The position numbers were made by a program, and so were the translations under genes. Shown here in pieces: positions 9,466-17,960 of a stretch of 64,000 nt of DNA. The notes under the pieces are model-generated. The model saw only the letters and a program-made list of their open reading frames with translations. It did not search any database and was not told where the DNA came from. This DNA is from Anaerolineae bacterium (GTDB lineage: Bacteria > Chloroflexota > Anaerolineae > Epilineales > JAHCIE01). The stretch lies in contig JAHCIP010000002.1 of NCBI GenBank assembly GCA_026129165.1, positions 6,761 through 70,760 on the forward strand. Direction: 5' to 3'. Numbering within the stretch: the stretch's first letter is position 1; each line of letters starts with the position of its first letter.

Positions 9466-9530
9466 CGCAAAGGACGCAAAGGTTTTTATTTGTTCCTCCG
9501 TGACTTCCGCGCCCTCTGCGGTGGGATGGG
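9466..9530. repeat. Degenerate palindromic element of tandem CGCAAAGGA 9-mers (x3), a T-rich loop and an imperfect inverse arm
   Basis: ccgcaaaggacgcaaaggacgcaaagg tttttatttgtt cctccgtgacttccgcgccctctgcgg. Confidence 0.5.
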
Positions 9531-9565
9531 TTGATAGGGATGATCATGGATTGAGGACAGAGTAT

Positions 9566-10759
9566 ATGCGACGTTGGTTGATGATTGTGATTGGTTTAGC
9601 CCTGCTAGCGGGCCTGGTGGCCTGGACACTGCGCGCCGCCGCGCCGCCCCAGGTCCAGGCGCGGTTAGTCGGCACAGAAGCCCTGCAAGGGCCAGCCGAC
9701 GCCGGGTTTGCCCGCGTCACCGAGCCGCGCCAGTTCGTCTTTCCCCGCGACCACGGCCCGCACCCCGAATACCGCACCGAGTGGTGGTACTATACCGGCA
9801 ACCTGGACAGCGCCGACGGCGAACACCTCGGCTTCCAGTTAACCTTCTTCCGCCAGGCTATCGCCCCGGAGATGGGAGCGCGCGCCTCCGACTGGGCCAC
9901 CCGCCAGGTCTACATGGCCCACTTCGCCGTCACCCGCGCCTCCGACGACCGCTTCGTGTCGTTCGAACGGTTCAGTCGCGGCGCGGCCGGGCTGGCGGGC
10001 GCCCAGGCTGACCCGTATCGGGTGTGGTTGGAGAGTTGGGAAGCGGCTGAAACGACGGAGGACGGAGGACGTAAGACGGAGGACGCAATACGCAATACGG
10101 CTGTCGTCCGTCTAAAGGCCGCCGAGGGACCGGCCAGCCTGGACCTCCAACTGCGCGAGACGAAACCCATTGTCCTCCAGGGCGACCGAGGGCTATCGCA
10201 GAAGAGCGCCCAGGCCGGCAACGCCTCGTATTACTACAGCGCCACGCGCCTCCAGGCCGACGGAATGGTGACGTTGGACGGCAAGACCTACCAGGTCAAC
10301 GGCCTGGTCTGGCTCGACCGCGAGTTCGGGACGAGCGCCCTGGGGCCGAACGCCGTGGGCTGGGACTGGTTCGCCCTCCAGTTGGCCGACGGCCGCGACA
10401 TCATGTTCTTCCAGATTCGCCAGCGCGACGGCTCCATCGAACCTCTATCGGGCGGCAGTCTCGTCGCAGCGGATGGCACGGTCACGCGGTTGGCCCGCGA
10501 GGATATCGAGATTCAAGTTCTGGACCGCTGGACTAGTCCCCGCACGAAGGCCGTCTACCCGGCTCGCTGGCGCTTCCAGGTCCCCAGCCAGGGCATCAGC
10601 CTGGACATCACGCCCTACGCCCCCGACCAGGAGTTGAACGTCTCGTATGCCTACTGGGAGGGCGCGGTCAAGATCACCGGCTCGGCGCAGGGCAACGGCT
10701 ACATCGAGATGACGGGCTATGCTGGCCAGGACCGGCGCAACGAGGGCTTGGGCCGTTAG
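9566..10759 (+). CDS. Secreted or anchored CrtC/AttH-like (hydroxyneurosporene synthase or lipocalin-like family) protein
   Basis: Signal or anchor MRRWLMIVIGLALLAGLVAW, followed by the motif FPRDHGPHPEYRTEWWYYTGNL...GFQLTFFR characteristic of CrtC/AttH. It carries an in-frame heptamer-repeat insertion at 10054-10112. Trimmed to the ATG at 9566. Confidence 0.6.
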   Translation: MRRWLMIVIGLALLAGLVAWTLRAAAPPQVQARLVGTEALQGPADAGFARVTEPRQFVFPRDHGPHPEYRTEWWYYTGNLDSADGEHLGFQLTFFRQAIAPEMGARASDWATRQVYMAHFAVTRASDDRFVSFERFSRGAAGLAGAQADPYRVWLESWEAAETTEDGGRKTEDAIRNTAVVRLKAAEGPASLDLQLRETKPIVLQGDRGLSQKSAQAGNASYYYSATRLQADGMVTLDGKTYQVNGLVWLDREFGTSALGPNAVGWDWFALQLADGRDIMFFQIRQRDGSIEPLSGGSLVAADGTVTRLAREDIEIQVLDRWTSPRTKAVYPARWRFQVPSQGISLDITPYAPDQELNVSYAYWEGAVKITGSAQGNGYIEMTGYAGQDRRNEGLGR

Positions 10760-10761
10760 GC

Positions 10762-11829
10762 CTAGCCCCACCAAAACGACGCCGCCAGGATAATGTATAG
10801 CCCCACCAGCGCCACCCCCTCCATCCAGACCGACTCCCCATCGAAGACGATAAAGTTGCTGGCCAGGGTCGCCAGGGCGATGGCGGCCACCAGCAGCGGC
10901 GGCAGGACGAGCGTGAGGTGCGCGCCGCCTATCACGAAGCTGAGCAGGACAAGCACCGGCGTCAGCGCCAGGGCGACCTGAAGAGAGCTATTCAGGATGA
11001 CGCTGATGGCGTAGTCGGGCTTGTTGTCCAGGGCGAGCTGGATGCCCACCACATTCTCGACCGCGTTACCCGCAATCGCCACCACCACCAGCCCCGCGAA
11101 CGCCTCCGAGATGTGCAGCGTCTGGATGGCTGGTGTCAGGGCGCTGACAAACCAATCGGACACAAACGCCGCCGCGATGCCTGCCCCGGCCAGGAGCGTC
11201 ATTGTCAGCCCCATGGGCCAATGCCCCTCAGCCGAAGTGGCCGGTGTCTTTGCCACCGTCGTCGGGCCGCCCTGGATGGAGACAGGAATGCTGGCAATGA
11301 AGACCGCCAGCAGGACGATGGCGCAGGCGATACCGAGCGCCTCCTCGTGCGCCTCGGCGGGCGTATGGAGCGTCTGAGCCAGCGTCGGCACTGTGAGGGC
11401 CGCCGTTGCCAGGAACATGAGGGTGGCGATCATCTTGGGCTGGTCGGAGGCAAACTTCTGCGTGCCGTGGCGCAACCCGCCGAACAGGAGAGCCAGCCCC
11501 AACACGAGCAGACTGTTGCTCAGGATCGAGCCGATGAGAGCGGCCTGCACCACCTTGACCAGGCCGGCCCGCAGGGCGAAGATGGCGACAAACAGTTCGG
11601 GCAGGTTGCCGAGCGCGGACTGTAGCACGCCTGTGGCGCCGGGACTAAGCCGCGCCCCCAGTTGCTCCGTCGCATCGCCTACAATCGAGGCCAGCGTTGC
11701 CAGTGCCACCGCCGCTACAGCAAAAATGACGAGCGGCGTGGCTCGCGTCGCGTTGAGTACGCCCGCCGCGAATGTCGCGGCGACCGCCACCAGCAGCGTA
11801 ATTCGCTCTTTCTGCTTGAGCGCCCCCAT
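10762..11829 (-). CDS. Ca2+/H+ (cation/proton) antiporter, CaCA family (ChaA/CAX-like)
   Basis: Two alpha-repeat signatures, GNLPELFVAIFALRAG and GNAVENVVGIQLALDNKPD. 355 aa polytopic protein. Confidence 0.8.
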   Translation of the reverse strand: MGALKQKERITLLVAVAATFAAGVLNATRATPLVIFAVAAVALATLASIVGDATEQLGARLSPGATGVLQSALGNLPELFVAIFALRAGLVKVVQAALIGSILSNSLLVLGLALLFGGLRHGTQKFASDQPKMIATLMFLATAALTVPTLAQTLHTPAEAHEEALGIACAIVLLAVFIASIPVSIQGGPTTVAKTPATSAEGHWPMGLTMTLLAGAGIAAAFVSDWFVSALTPAIQTLHISEAFAGLVVVAIAGNAVENVVGIQLALDNKPDYAISVILNSSLQVALALTPVLVLLSFVIGGAHLTLVLPPLLVAAIALATLASNFIVFDGESVWMEGVALVGLYIILAASFWWG

Positions 11830-11900
11830 GTCTGCCTCCCTCCTGTGAAACGTAACCCGAAACTACCCGAATTAGAGCAAGTTGAGGACCGTAAACGTTT

Positions 11901-11929
11901 TTGACACCCTCTATAGCCTATGTTATAGT
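11901..11929 (+). promoter_or_regulatory. Sigma70-like promoter (TTGACA-N17-TATAGT) of uxuA. The palindrome AAACGTTT immediately upstream is a possible operator.
   Basis: TTGACA at 11901-11906 and TATAGT at 11924-11929. GTAAACGTTTTT lies at 11891-11902. Confidence 0.45.
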
Positions 11930-11972
11930 CCTGTCGACATTATACAATTACTCATCCCTAGAGGTAGGGTCT

Positions 11973-12983
11973 ATGATGCGCGTGGCGGCTTACGCGGTAT
12001 TGGACGAGGGAGACACCTTCCTCCGCTTCCTCAAGCAGTACGGTGTCGAAGACGTGGTCCTGGTCGGGGCGAGCAGCGAGGCGGAGTGGCGGGCGCGCTT
12101 CCCACCGGAGCGCGGCACGACAGTTGGCGCGTCCTGGTCCGTAGACGACCTGGTGCGGTTGCGGCGGCGGGTCGAGGCAGCGGGCCTCAAGCCCTTTGCC
12201 ATCGAGAACCCCCTCCCACCCTGGTGCATGGACCGCATCAAGCTCGGCCTGCCCGGCCGCGATGAGCAAATCGAAAACGTCGCCACCACCATCCGCCACC
12301 TGGGTCAGGCCGACATCCCCATCTTCGGCTACCACTGGATGGTCAACCCGCCCGATATGCTCCGCGCCTCGTGGCGGACGACCTTCGACGTACCGGGACG
12401 CGGCGGGGCCAGCGTCGAACGGTTCGACATGAGCGTCGCTGACAGCCTGCCCCTCTTCCGCGACCGGGTCTACACCGAGACCGAGATGTGGGCCAACTAC
12501 ACCACCTTCATCGAGGCCATCCGCCCCGTACTGGTTGAGTCAGGCGTCAAGCTGGCCCTCCACCCCGACGACCCGCCGGTCGAGCAACTGGGCGGCGTGC
12601 CGCGTCTCTTCCGCAGTTTCGAGGGCTTCCGACGTGCGATGGAGATTGCCGCCAGCCCCATGAGCGGGCTGAACTTCTGCCTGGGTAACTGGACGGCGAT
12701 GGGAACCGATATTGTCGCCGCCGTCCAGCACTTTGGGTCGCGCGGCCAGATCCTCTACGGCCACGTCCAGGGGGTCAACGGCATCGTCCCCCGCTTCCAG
12801 GAGTGCTTCCTGGACCAGGCGGACTGCAACTTCCCGGCCGTGCTACGCGCTCTGGCCTCGGTTGGCTTCGATGGCGGCCTCATTCCGACCCACTTCCCGC
12901 ACACGGTCAACGACCTTGCGCCCCAGTACCAGGGTCACGCCTTTGGCATCGGTTATGTCAAAGGCATGCTCGCCATGTTGTAG
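11973..12983 (+). CDS. uxuA: D-mannonate dehydratase
   Basis: Contains ALHPDDPPVEQLGGVPRLF, LNFCLGNW and FGSRGQILYGHVQ. These match UxuA signature regions (AVHPDDPP...LGLPRI, FTMCTGSYG, FGPRIYFTHLR). Trimmed to the ATG at 11973. Confidence 0.7.
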   Translation: MMRVAAYAVLDEGDTFLRFLKQYGVEDVVLVGASSEAEWRARFPPERGTTVGASWSVDDLVRLRRRVEAAGLKPFAIENPLPPWCMDRIKLGLPGRDEQIENVATTIRHLGQADIPIFGYHWMVNPPDMLRASWRTTFDVPGRGGASVERFDMSVADSLPLFRDRVYTETEMWANYTTFIEAIRPVLVESGVKLALHPDDPPVEQLGGVPRLFRSFEGFRRAMEIAASPMSGLNFCLGNWTAMGTDIVAAVQHFGSRGQILYGHVQGVNGIVPRFQECFLDQADCNFPAVLRALASVGFDGGLIPTHFPHTVNDLAPQYQGHAFGIGYVKGMLAML

Positions 12984-12998
12984 GTTCAGGAGAACCAC

Positions 12999-13820
12999 AT
13001 GCGCCTGCGGGGTAAAGTCGCCATCATCACAGGAGCCGGCAATGGCATTGGTCGGGCGACGGCTTGGCTGTTCGCGCAGGAAGGCGCCCGCGTCGTCGTG
13101 GCCGATCGGGATATGGACGCCGCACGGGACTGTGTCGCCGCCATCCAGGCCGCGTCGGGCGTTGCCCACGCGGTCGAAACCGATGTCAGCCAGGACACCT
13201 CTGTTGCTGACCTCGTTGAGACTACGCTAGACCTGTATGGCGCGATTGATATTCTGATGAACAATGCGGGGGTGAGTATTGGCGGGAGCGTGGTAGCCAC
13301 CGAGCCAGAGCGGTGGGCGCGCACCCTAGACGTCAACCTGTCCAGCGCCTACCGCACCTGCCGCGCTGTGATACCCCAGATGATACAGCAAGGCGGCGGC
13401 TCGATCATCAATATAGTCTCGCTCCAGGGGCTATACGGCTATCCCCACTTCGCCGCCTACGCGGCCTCGAAGGCTGGGCTGATTGGCCTGACCCGTCAGA
13501 TCGCGGTCGAGTACCGCGACCAGAATATCCGCTGCAATGCCATCAGCCCTGGCGGCGTCATCGTGGCGAACAAGCCGGCCCGCACCCAACGCCTGGAACC
13601 GCAATTCGCCCATAACCCGAGCGGGTCCCCATCTCCCACGCCCTCAGCCGACACGGCGCGCCGGACCAGCCCCACCGCCTCGCGCCTGCGCCAGTTCGGC
13701 CGCCCGGAAGACATCGCCTACGCCGCCCTGTTCCTGGCCTCGGACGAGGCGGCCCACATCAGCGGCCATAACCTTGTCGTAGACGGCGGCGAGTCGGCCA
13801 GCGTCTCAGAACACGCCTAA
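12999..13820 (+). CDS. SDR family NAD(P)-dependent oxidoreductase (possibly mannonate or fructuronate-type reductase, given its position next to uxuA)
   Basis: Rossmann TGAGNGIG, NNAG and the YxxxK catalytic region (YAASK). The C-terminus has an unusually long Ser/Pro/Thr-rich loop before GRPEDIA. Confidence 0.8.
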   Translation: MRLRGKVAIITGAGNGIGRATAWLFAQEGARVVVADRDMDAARDCVAAIQAASGVAHAVETDVSQDTSVADLVETTLDLYGAIDILMNNAGVSIGGSVVATEPERWARTLDVNLSSAYRTCRAVIPQMIQQGGGSIINIVSLQGLYGYPHFAAYAASKAGLIGLTRQIAVEYRDQNIRCNAISPGGVIVANKPARTQRLEPQFAHNPSGSPSPTPSADTARRTSPTASRLRQFGRPEDIAYAALFLASDEAAHISGHNLVVDGGESASVSEHA

Positions 13821-15154
13821 TCCCCACCCACCACGGTGGGCGCGCGGATGGGCAGCAGTGACGGCGCGGCTACCAGGATCACCAGCGCCACCACCAGCGC
13901 GCCCAGGACAATCGCCCGCACCGCCCCGGCCGCGCCCCCCAGGCCGGCCGTCGCTTGCGTGACCCCCAACCCATTGAGAACTGCCAACGCGGCCCGGCTG
14001 AGAGGAGTCGTCGCGTCACCAGCCAGTGACCTGGCGAACGCAGCAATGCCCAGCGACCCAAACGAGGGCAACCCAATCAGCGTCGCCGCATAGAAGCTCA
14101 TGACCCGGCCGCGCACCTCGTTAGGAGTACGCAGTTGGATAGTCGTGGAGATCATGGTGGTGAAGACCGTCGTACTCACCCCTACGATGGTGAGCAGGAC
14201 TACACCCCAACCGAACCAGGGAGTCAGCGAGAAGAGCGACAGGGTGAGGCAAAACAGCAGCCCGCTGGCGACCATGAGCCGCCCATGCGCCTTGAAGTTG
14301 CTGAGCGATGACAGGGCAAAGGCTCCAATCAGCGCACCGCCGCCTACCGCTGATAGCAGTTGCCCGTAGCCGCCCGATCCCACCTGCCACACATCGTCGG
14401 CAAACACCGGCAAGAGTTGCTGGTACGAACGGCCAAATACGGCGGCCAGGGCCGACAGAATGAGCATGAGCAGAATGAGCTTGTGTTGGACGATGAACAG
14501 CACGCCACCGAACAGGGCTTCGCGCATGGTGGTCGTGCGGCGCGGGCGCGGCGGCATATCGCGCATGGCGAACAGCGCGAAGATGACGGCGAGGTAGCTG
14601 ACCGCGTTGAGCAAGTAGAGCCAGGCCGGCCCCGTCAGGGCGAGCAGGATACCGGCGATGGCCGGACCGACGAGGGCCGCGCCGGTGTAAGTGGCCGAGT
14701 TGAGCGACAGGGCGTTGAGCAAGTCGGTGCGCGGCACGAGTTCGGGGATGAGCGACTGGCGGGCCGGGTTGTCGAAGGCGAGCAGCAGCGCCTGGAAGAA
14801 CGAAACGAGCAAGATATGCCAGGGCTGAAGCCAGCCAGCCCAGACGAAGACGGCCATCACCGCCGCCGAGATAGCCGCGCCCGACTGGGTGAAGTACAGC
14901 AGCCGCACGCGGTCCACGCGATCCACAATTACCCCGCCGATGGGCGGCAGGAAGGTCATAGGGATGGCAAACGACAGCCCCAGGTAGCCCAGGAACAAGG
15001 CGTCGTTGCCCGTCATCTTGTAGATGAGCCAGCTCTGGGCCACGTTCTGCATCCACGTCCCCATGTTAGAGACGATCAGCCCGGTCCAGATGAGGGTAAA
15101 GTTGCGGTGGCGCAGCGCGGGATAGCGCGCCGGTTTGGTGGATGTCGCAGCCAC
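13817..15154 (-). CDS. MFS transporter
   Basis: 445 aa with 12 predicted TM segments and an MFS-like N-terminal loop. Convergent with the SDR gene, overlapping it by 4 nt. Confidence 0.8.
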   Translation of the reverse strand: MAATSTKPARYPALRHRNFTLIWTGLIVSNMGTWMQNVAQSWLIYKMTGNDALFLGYLGLSFAIPMTFLPPIGGVIVDRVDRVRLLYFTQSGAAISAAVMAVFVWAGWLQPWHILLVSFFQALLLAFDNPARQSLIPELVPRTDLLNALSLNSATYTGAALVGPAIAGILLALTGPAWLYLLNAVSYLAVIFALFAMRDMPPRPRRTTTMREALFGGVLFIVQHKLILLMLILSALAAVFGRSYQQLLPVFADDVWQVGSGGYGQLLSAVGGGALIGAFALSSLSNFKAHGRLMVASGLLFCLTLSLFSLTPWFGWGVVLLTIVGVSTTVFTTMISTTIQLRTPNEVRGRVMSFYAATLIGLPSFGSLGIAAFARSLAGDATTPLSRAALAVLNGLGVTQATAGLGGAAGAVRAIVLGALVVALVILVAAPSLLPIRAPTVVGGD

Positions 15155-15289
15155 AACAGGCGTCCTCTCGACGGAGTTGGCTCAATTATACGAGGTCGGC
15201 AAGGCAGGGCAACTCCCTGGGGCGAGCGCCCCGGTTCGCTCCAAAGGCCGCTTGATGATGCGCTAGGGGAGGCGGCCTACGTCACGACT

Positions 15290-15318
15290 TTGACACACCG
15301 CGCCAGTCGGGGTAGACT
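15290..15318 (+). promoter_or_regulatory. Sigma70-like promoter (TTGACA-N17-TAGACT) of the amidohydrolase gene
   Basis: TTGACA at 15290-15295 and TAGACT at 15313-15318. AGGAAGGA (Shine-Dalgarno) lies before the ATG at 15352. Confidence 0.5.
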
Positions 15319-15351
15319 AGAGGGGGATACCAGACCAGGAAGGAATGCTGT

Positions 15352-17409
15352 ATGCTCAACGCCGACCTCCTCCTCATCAACGCCACCGTCGTCACCATGA
15401 ACGCCCAATACGACATCTTCTCACCCGGCGCCGTCGCCGTCCAGGACGGCCAGATCGTCTGGGTGGGAACGATGAATGATTTAAGACTGATGACTGAAGA
15501 CTCAGATGGGCAAAATGGGAGCCATCCCCAATCCTCCGTCCTCCGTCCTCCGTCCTCCGTCATTGATTGCGCCGGCCACGCGATAATCCCCGGCCTGGTC
15601 AACGCCCACACCCATGTCCCCATGAGCCTGCTGCGTGGTCTGGCCGATGACCTGCGCCTCGATGTCTGGCTCATGGGCTACATGATGCCGGTCGAGCGCG
15701 AGTTCGTCTCGCCCGACTTCTGCCGCCTCGGCACGGGTCTCTCGTGCGCCGAGATGATTCGGTCGGGCGTCACGACCTTCGCCGATATGTATTACTTTGA
15801 GGATAGCGTAGCTCGAGCCACCGCCGAGGCCGGCATGCGCGCTCTATGCGCCCAGAGCGTCCTCAAGTTCCCCACTCCCGATGCCCAGTCTTACGAAGAC
15901 AGCCTGGCGATGGCCCGCGACTTCATCCAGCGCTGGCAGGGCCATCCCCTCATCGTCCCCTCGGTCGCGCCCCACGCCCCCTACACCTGCACCCACGAGA
16001 TTCTCCGCGCCTGCGCCCAGTTGGCCGCCGAGTTCGACGTGCCGCTACACACCCACCTGGCCGAGACGGCCCAGGAAGTCGAGGACAGCCGCAAACTCCA
16101 CGACCTGCCCGTTATCCCTTATGTTGAGAAGACGGGCCTGTTCGAGGCGAAAGTTCTGGCCGCCCACTGCGTCCACGTTGACCAGGCGGAAATTCGGACC
16201 CTCCGCAAGTACAACGCTGGCGTCGCCCACAACCCGACCAGCAACCTCAAGCTCTCGTCGGGCGTCGCCCCCATCACCCGCATGCTGCAACTCGGCCTCA
16301 ACGTTGGCATCGGCACCGACGGCCCGGCGTCCAACAACGACCTGGATATGTTCGAGGAAACGCGCCTGGCCGCTATTCTCGCCAAGGGTATCACCGGCGA
16401 TCCAACTGTGGTTCCGGCGCGACAAGCGCTGGCGATGGCAACCACGCTCGGCGCGCACGCCCTGCACATGGGTCACCTGACGGGCAGCTTGGAAGTCGGC
16501 AAACGCGCTGACCTGGCCGTGGTCAACCTCCAGCCCCTCCACAACTCCCCCCGCTTCGAACGCGATGCCCAGGCCATCTATTCCCAGCTCGTCTATGCGG
16601 GCAAGTCCACCGACGTGCGGGATGTCATGGTCGAGGGACGCTGGCTCATGCGCGACCGCCAGTTGATGACTCTCAATGAGGACAATCTGCGACTGGCCGC
16701 CCAGGACTACGCCCGCCGCATTGACTACTTCCTCATCCAGCGCGAGAAGAGCGTTCTGAGCAAGCTGGCGGCGATTGGCGGCCTGGAGCAGGAGGAGTCG
16801 TTCGAGGTCCAGGTGAAGGCGCGGGTTGACGACCCGGATCGGATTGTCGCCCTCATCGAGGGCCGCGACCCCCAGACCCGCATCCCGACGCTGACGGTGC
16901 TGCGTCACGTGCACTACCGCCAGTTCGACACCTATTTCACTTTTGACGATCCGTCCCAGGGCCGTCTCCGTTACCGCGAGGACGAGTTCATCAACGACAA
17001 GGGCGAGTCGTACAACCTGCGCTACCGCCTGACGCTCACCCTGCCCGCTAAAGAGCGCGAGTTCGACCACTCTATCCTACTGTCGCGCTCGCGGTTCATC
17101 GCCCCGGCCCGCCACAGCCGCCGCTTCTACCGCGAATACTTCCGCCCGACGGCCGAGGTCGAAATCGAAAAGGACCGCCGTCGCTGGCAGGTCCTCTACA
17201 AAGACATTGGCTTCTATATCAACCTGGACACACTGGCCCGCCCAGCCCAGCCAGGCACCTTCCTGGAACTCAAGAGCCGCACCTGGTCCAAACGCGACGC
17301 TGAGTTAAAGGCGGAGATGGTGGGCGAGTTGCTGGCCCGGCTAGGAATCACCTCGGAGGCGACCCTCCAGGAGGAGTACGTAGACTTTGTGACAACTCAA
17401 CCTTCCTAA
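15352..17409 (+). CDS. MtaD-like amidohydrolase (5'-methylthioadenosine/S-adenosylhomocysteine deaminase family) fused to a C-terminal CYTH/CyaB-like triphosphate-tunnel domain; carries an in-frame repeat-derived insertion
   Basis: N-terminal part: ...IPGLVNAHTHVPMSLLRG... amidohydrolase metal-binding HxH, about 470 aa. C-terminal about 210 aa: FEVQVKARVDDPD ... YRQFDTYFTFDD ... LRYRED ... LELKSR resembles class IV adenylate cyclase / CYTH (EVEFKYRLDD type). There is no stop between the two parts. Confidence 0.75.
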   Translation: MLNADLLLINATVVTMNAQYDIFSPGAVAVQDGQIVWVGTMNDLRLMTEDSDGQNGSHPQSSVLRPPSSVIDCAGHAIIPGLVNAHTHVPMSLLRGLADDLRLDVWLMGYMMPVEREFVSPDFCRLGTGLSCAEMIRSGVTTFADMYYFEDSVARATAEAGMRALCAQSVLKFPTPDAQSYEDSLAMARDFIQRWQGHPLIVPSVAPHAPYTCTHEILRACAQLAAEFDVPLHTHLAETAQEVEDSRKLHDLPVIPYVEKTGLFEAKVLAAHCVHVDQAEIRTLRKYNAGVAHNPTSNLKLSSGVAPITRMLQLGLNVGIGTDGPASNNDLDMFEETRLAAILAKGITGDPTVVPARQALAMATTLGAHALHMGHLTGSLEVGKRADLAVVNLQPLHNSPRFERDAQAIYSQLVYAGKSTDVRDVMVEGRWLMRDRQLMTLNEDNLRLAAQDYARRIDYFLIQREKSVLSKLAAIGGLEQEESFEVQVKARVDDPDRIVALIEGRDPQTRIPTLTVLRHVHYRQFDTYFTFDDPSQGRLRYREDEFINDKGESYNLRYRLTLTLPAKEREFDHSILLSRSRFIAPARHSRRFYREYFRPTAEVEIEKDRRRWQVLYKDIGFYINLDTLARPAQPGTFLELKSRTWSKRDAELKAEMVGELLARLGITSEATLQEEYVDFVTTQPS

Positions 17410-17426
17410 GTATTCCTGTGCTTACT

Positions 17427-17960
17427 ATGCTAACTGGTCTACCCCCCCTCGGCCTGCTCTTGCTCGGGGCCATCTACTGCTTCGCCGGCTGGCCGCTCTA
17501 CCGGGTGCTGATCGCCGTCACCGGCTTTCTCGTCGGCTACAGCCTCGCCAGCCCTTATGCGGCCGCTGTGTTCCAGCGGCCGCTGGTCGCCCTGCTGGCC
17601 GCCGCCGTCGTCGGTTTGCTCGTCGGCTGGCTGGCCGTGCGCTTCATCACCGGCCTCGCCTTCCTGTATGGCTTTGTCCTGGGGGGCTATGGCGCGTGGG
17701 TCTATCTGGGACGATTGGACTGGCAGCCGCTGCTCGTCCTCGTCCTGGCCCTAATCGTCGGCAGTCTGGTCGGCCTCCTGGCGGCCAACCTGCTGCGGCT
17801 AGGCATTATCGTCGGGACGGCCTTTGTCGGCGCGTCGCTGCTCCTTGACGGCGCGCGGGCCTTCCAGTTTAGCCCGCCGCCCGGCCTCCACCTCCTCGTC
17901 CTCCTGGGCCTGACCGCCCTCGGCGCGCTGGCGCAGTCCCAAACGGGGGGTGAACGTTAA
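17427..17960 (+). CDS. Small polytopic membrane protein (DUF4203-like), function unknown
   Basis: Four or five hydrophobic helices. It starts 18 nt after the amidohydrolase stop and is probably co-transcribed. Confidence 0.5.
   Translation: MLTGLPPLGLLLLGAIYCFAGWPLYRVLIAVTGFLVGYSLASPYAAAVFQRPLVALLAAAVVGLLVGWLAVRFITGLAFLYGFVLGGYGAWVYLGRLDWQPLLVLVLALIVGSLVGLLAANLLRLGIIVGTAFVGASLLLDGARAFQFSPPPGLHLLVLLGLTALGALAQSQTGGER

Noticed and set aside
6287-9530. Whether the short tandem repeats are a CRISPR array.
   Set aside because: The units are only 7-9 nt with no spacers, and they are arranged as inverted arm pairs. They are not 25-40-nt repeats with unique spacers, and there are no cas genes in the window.
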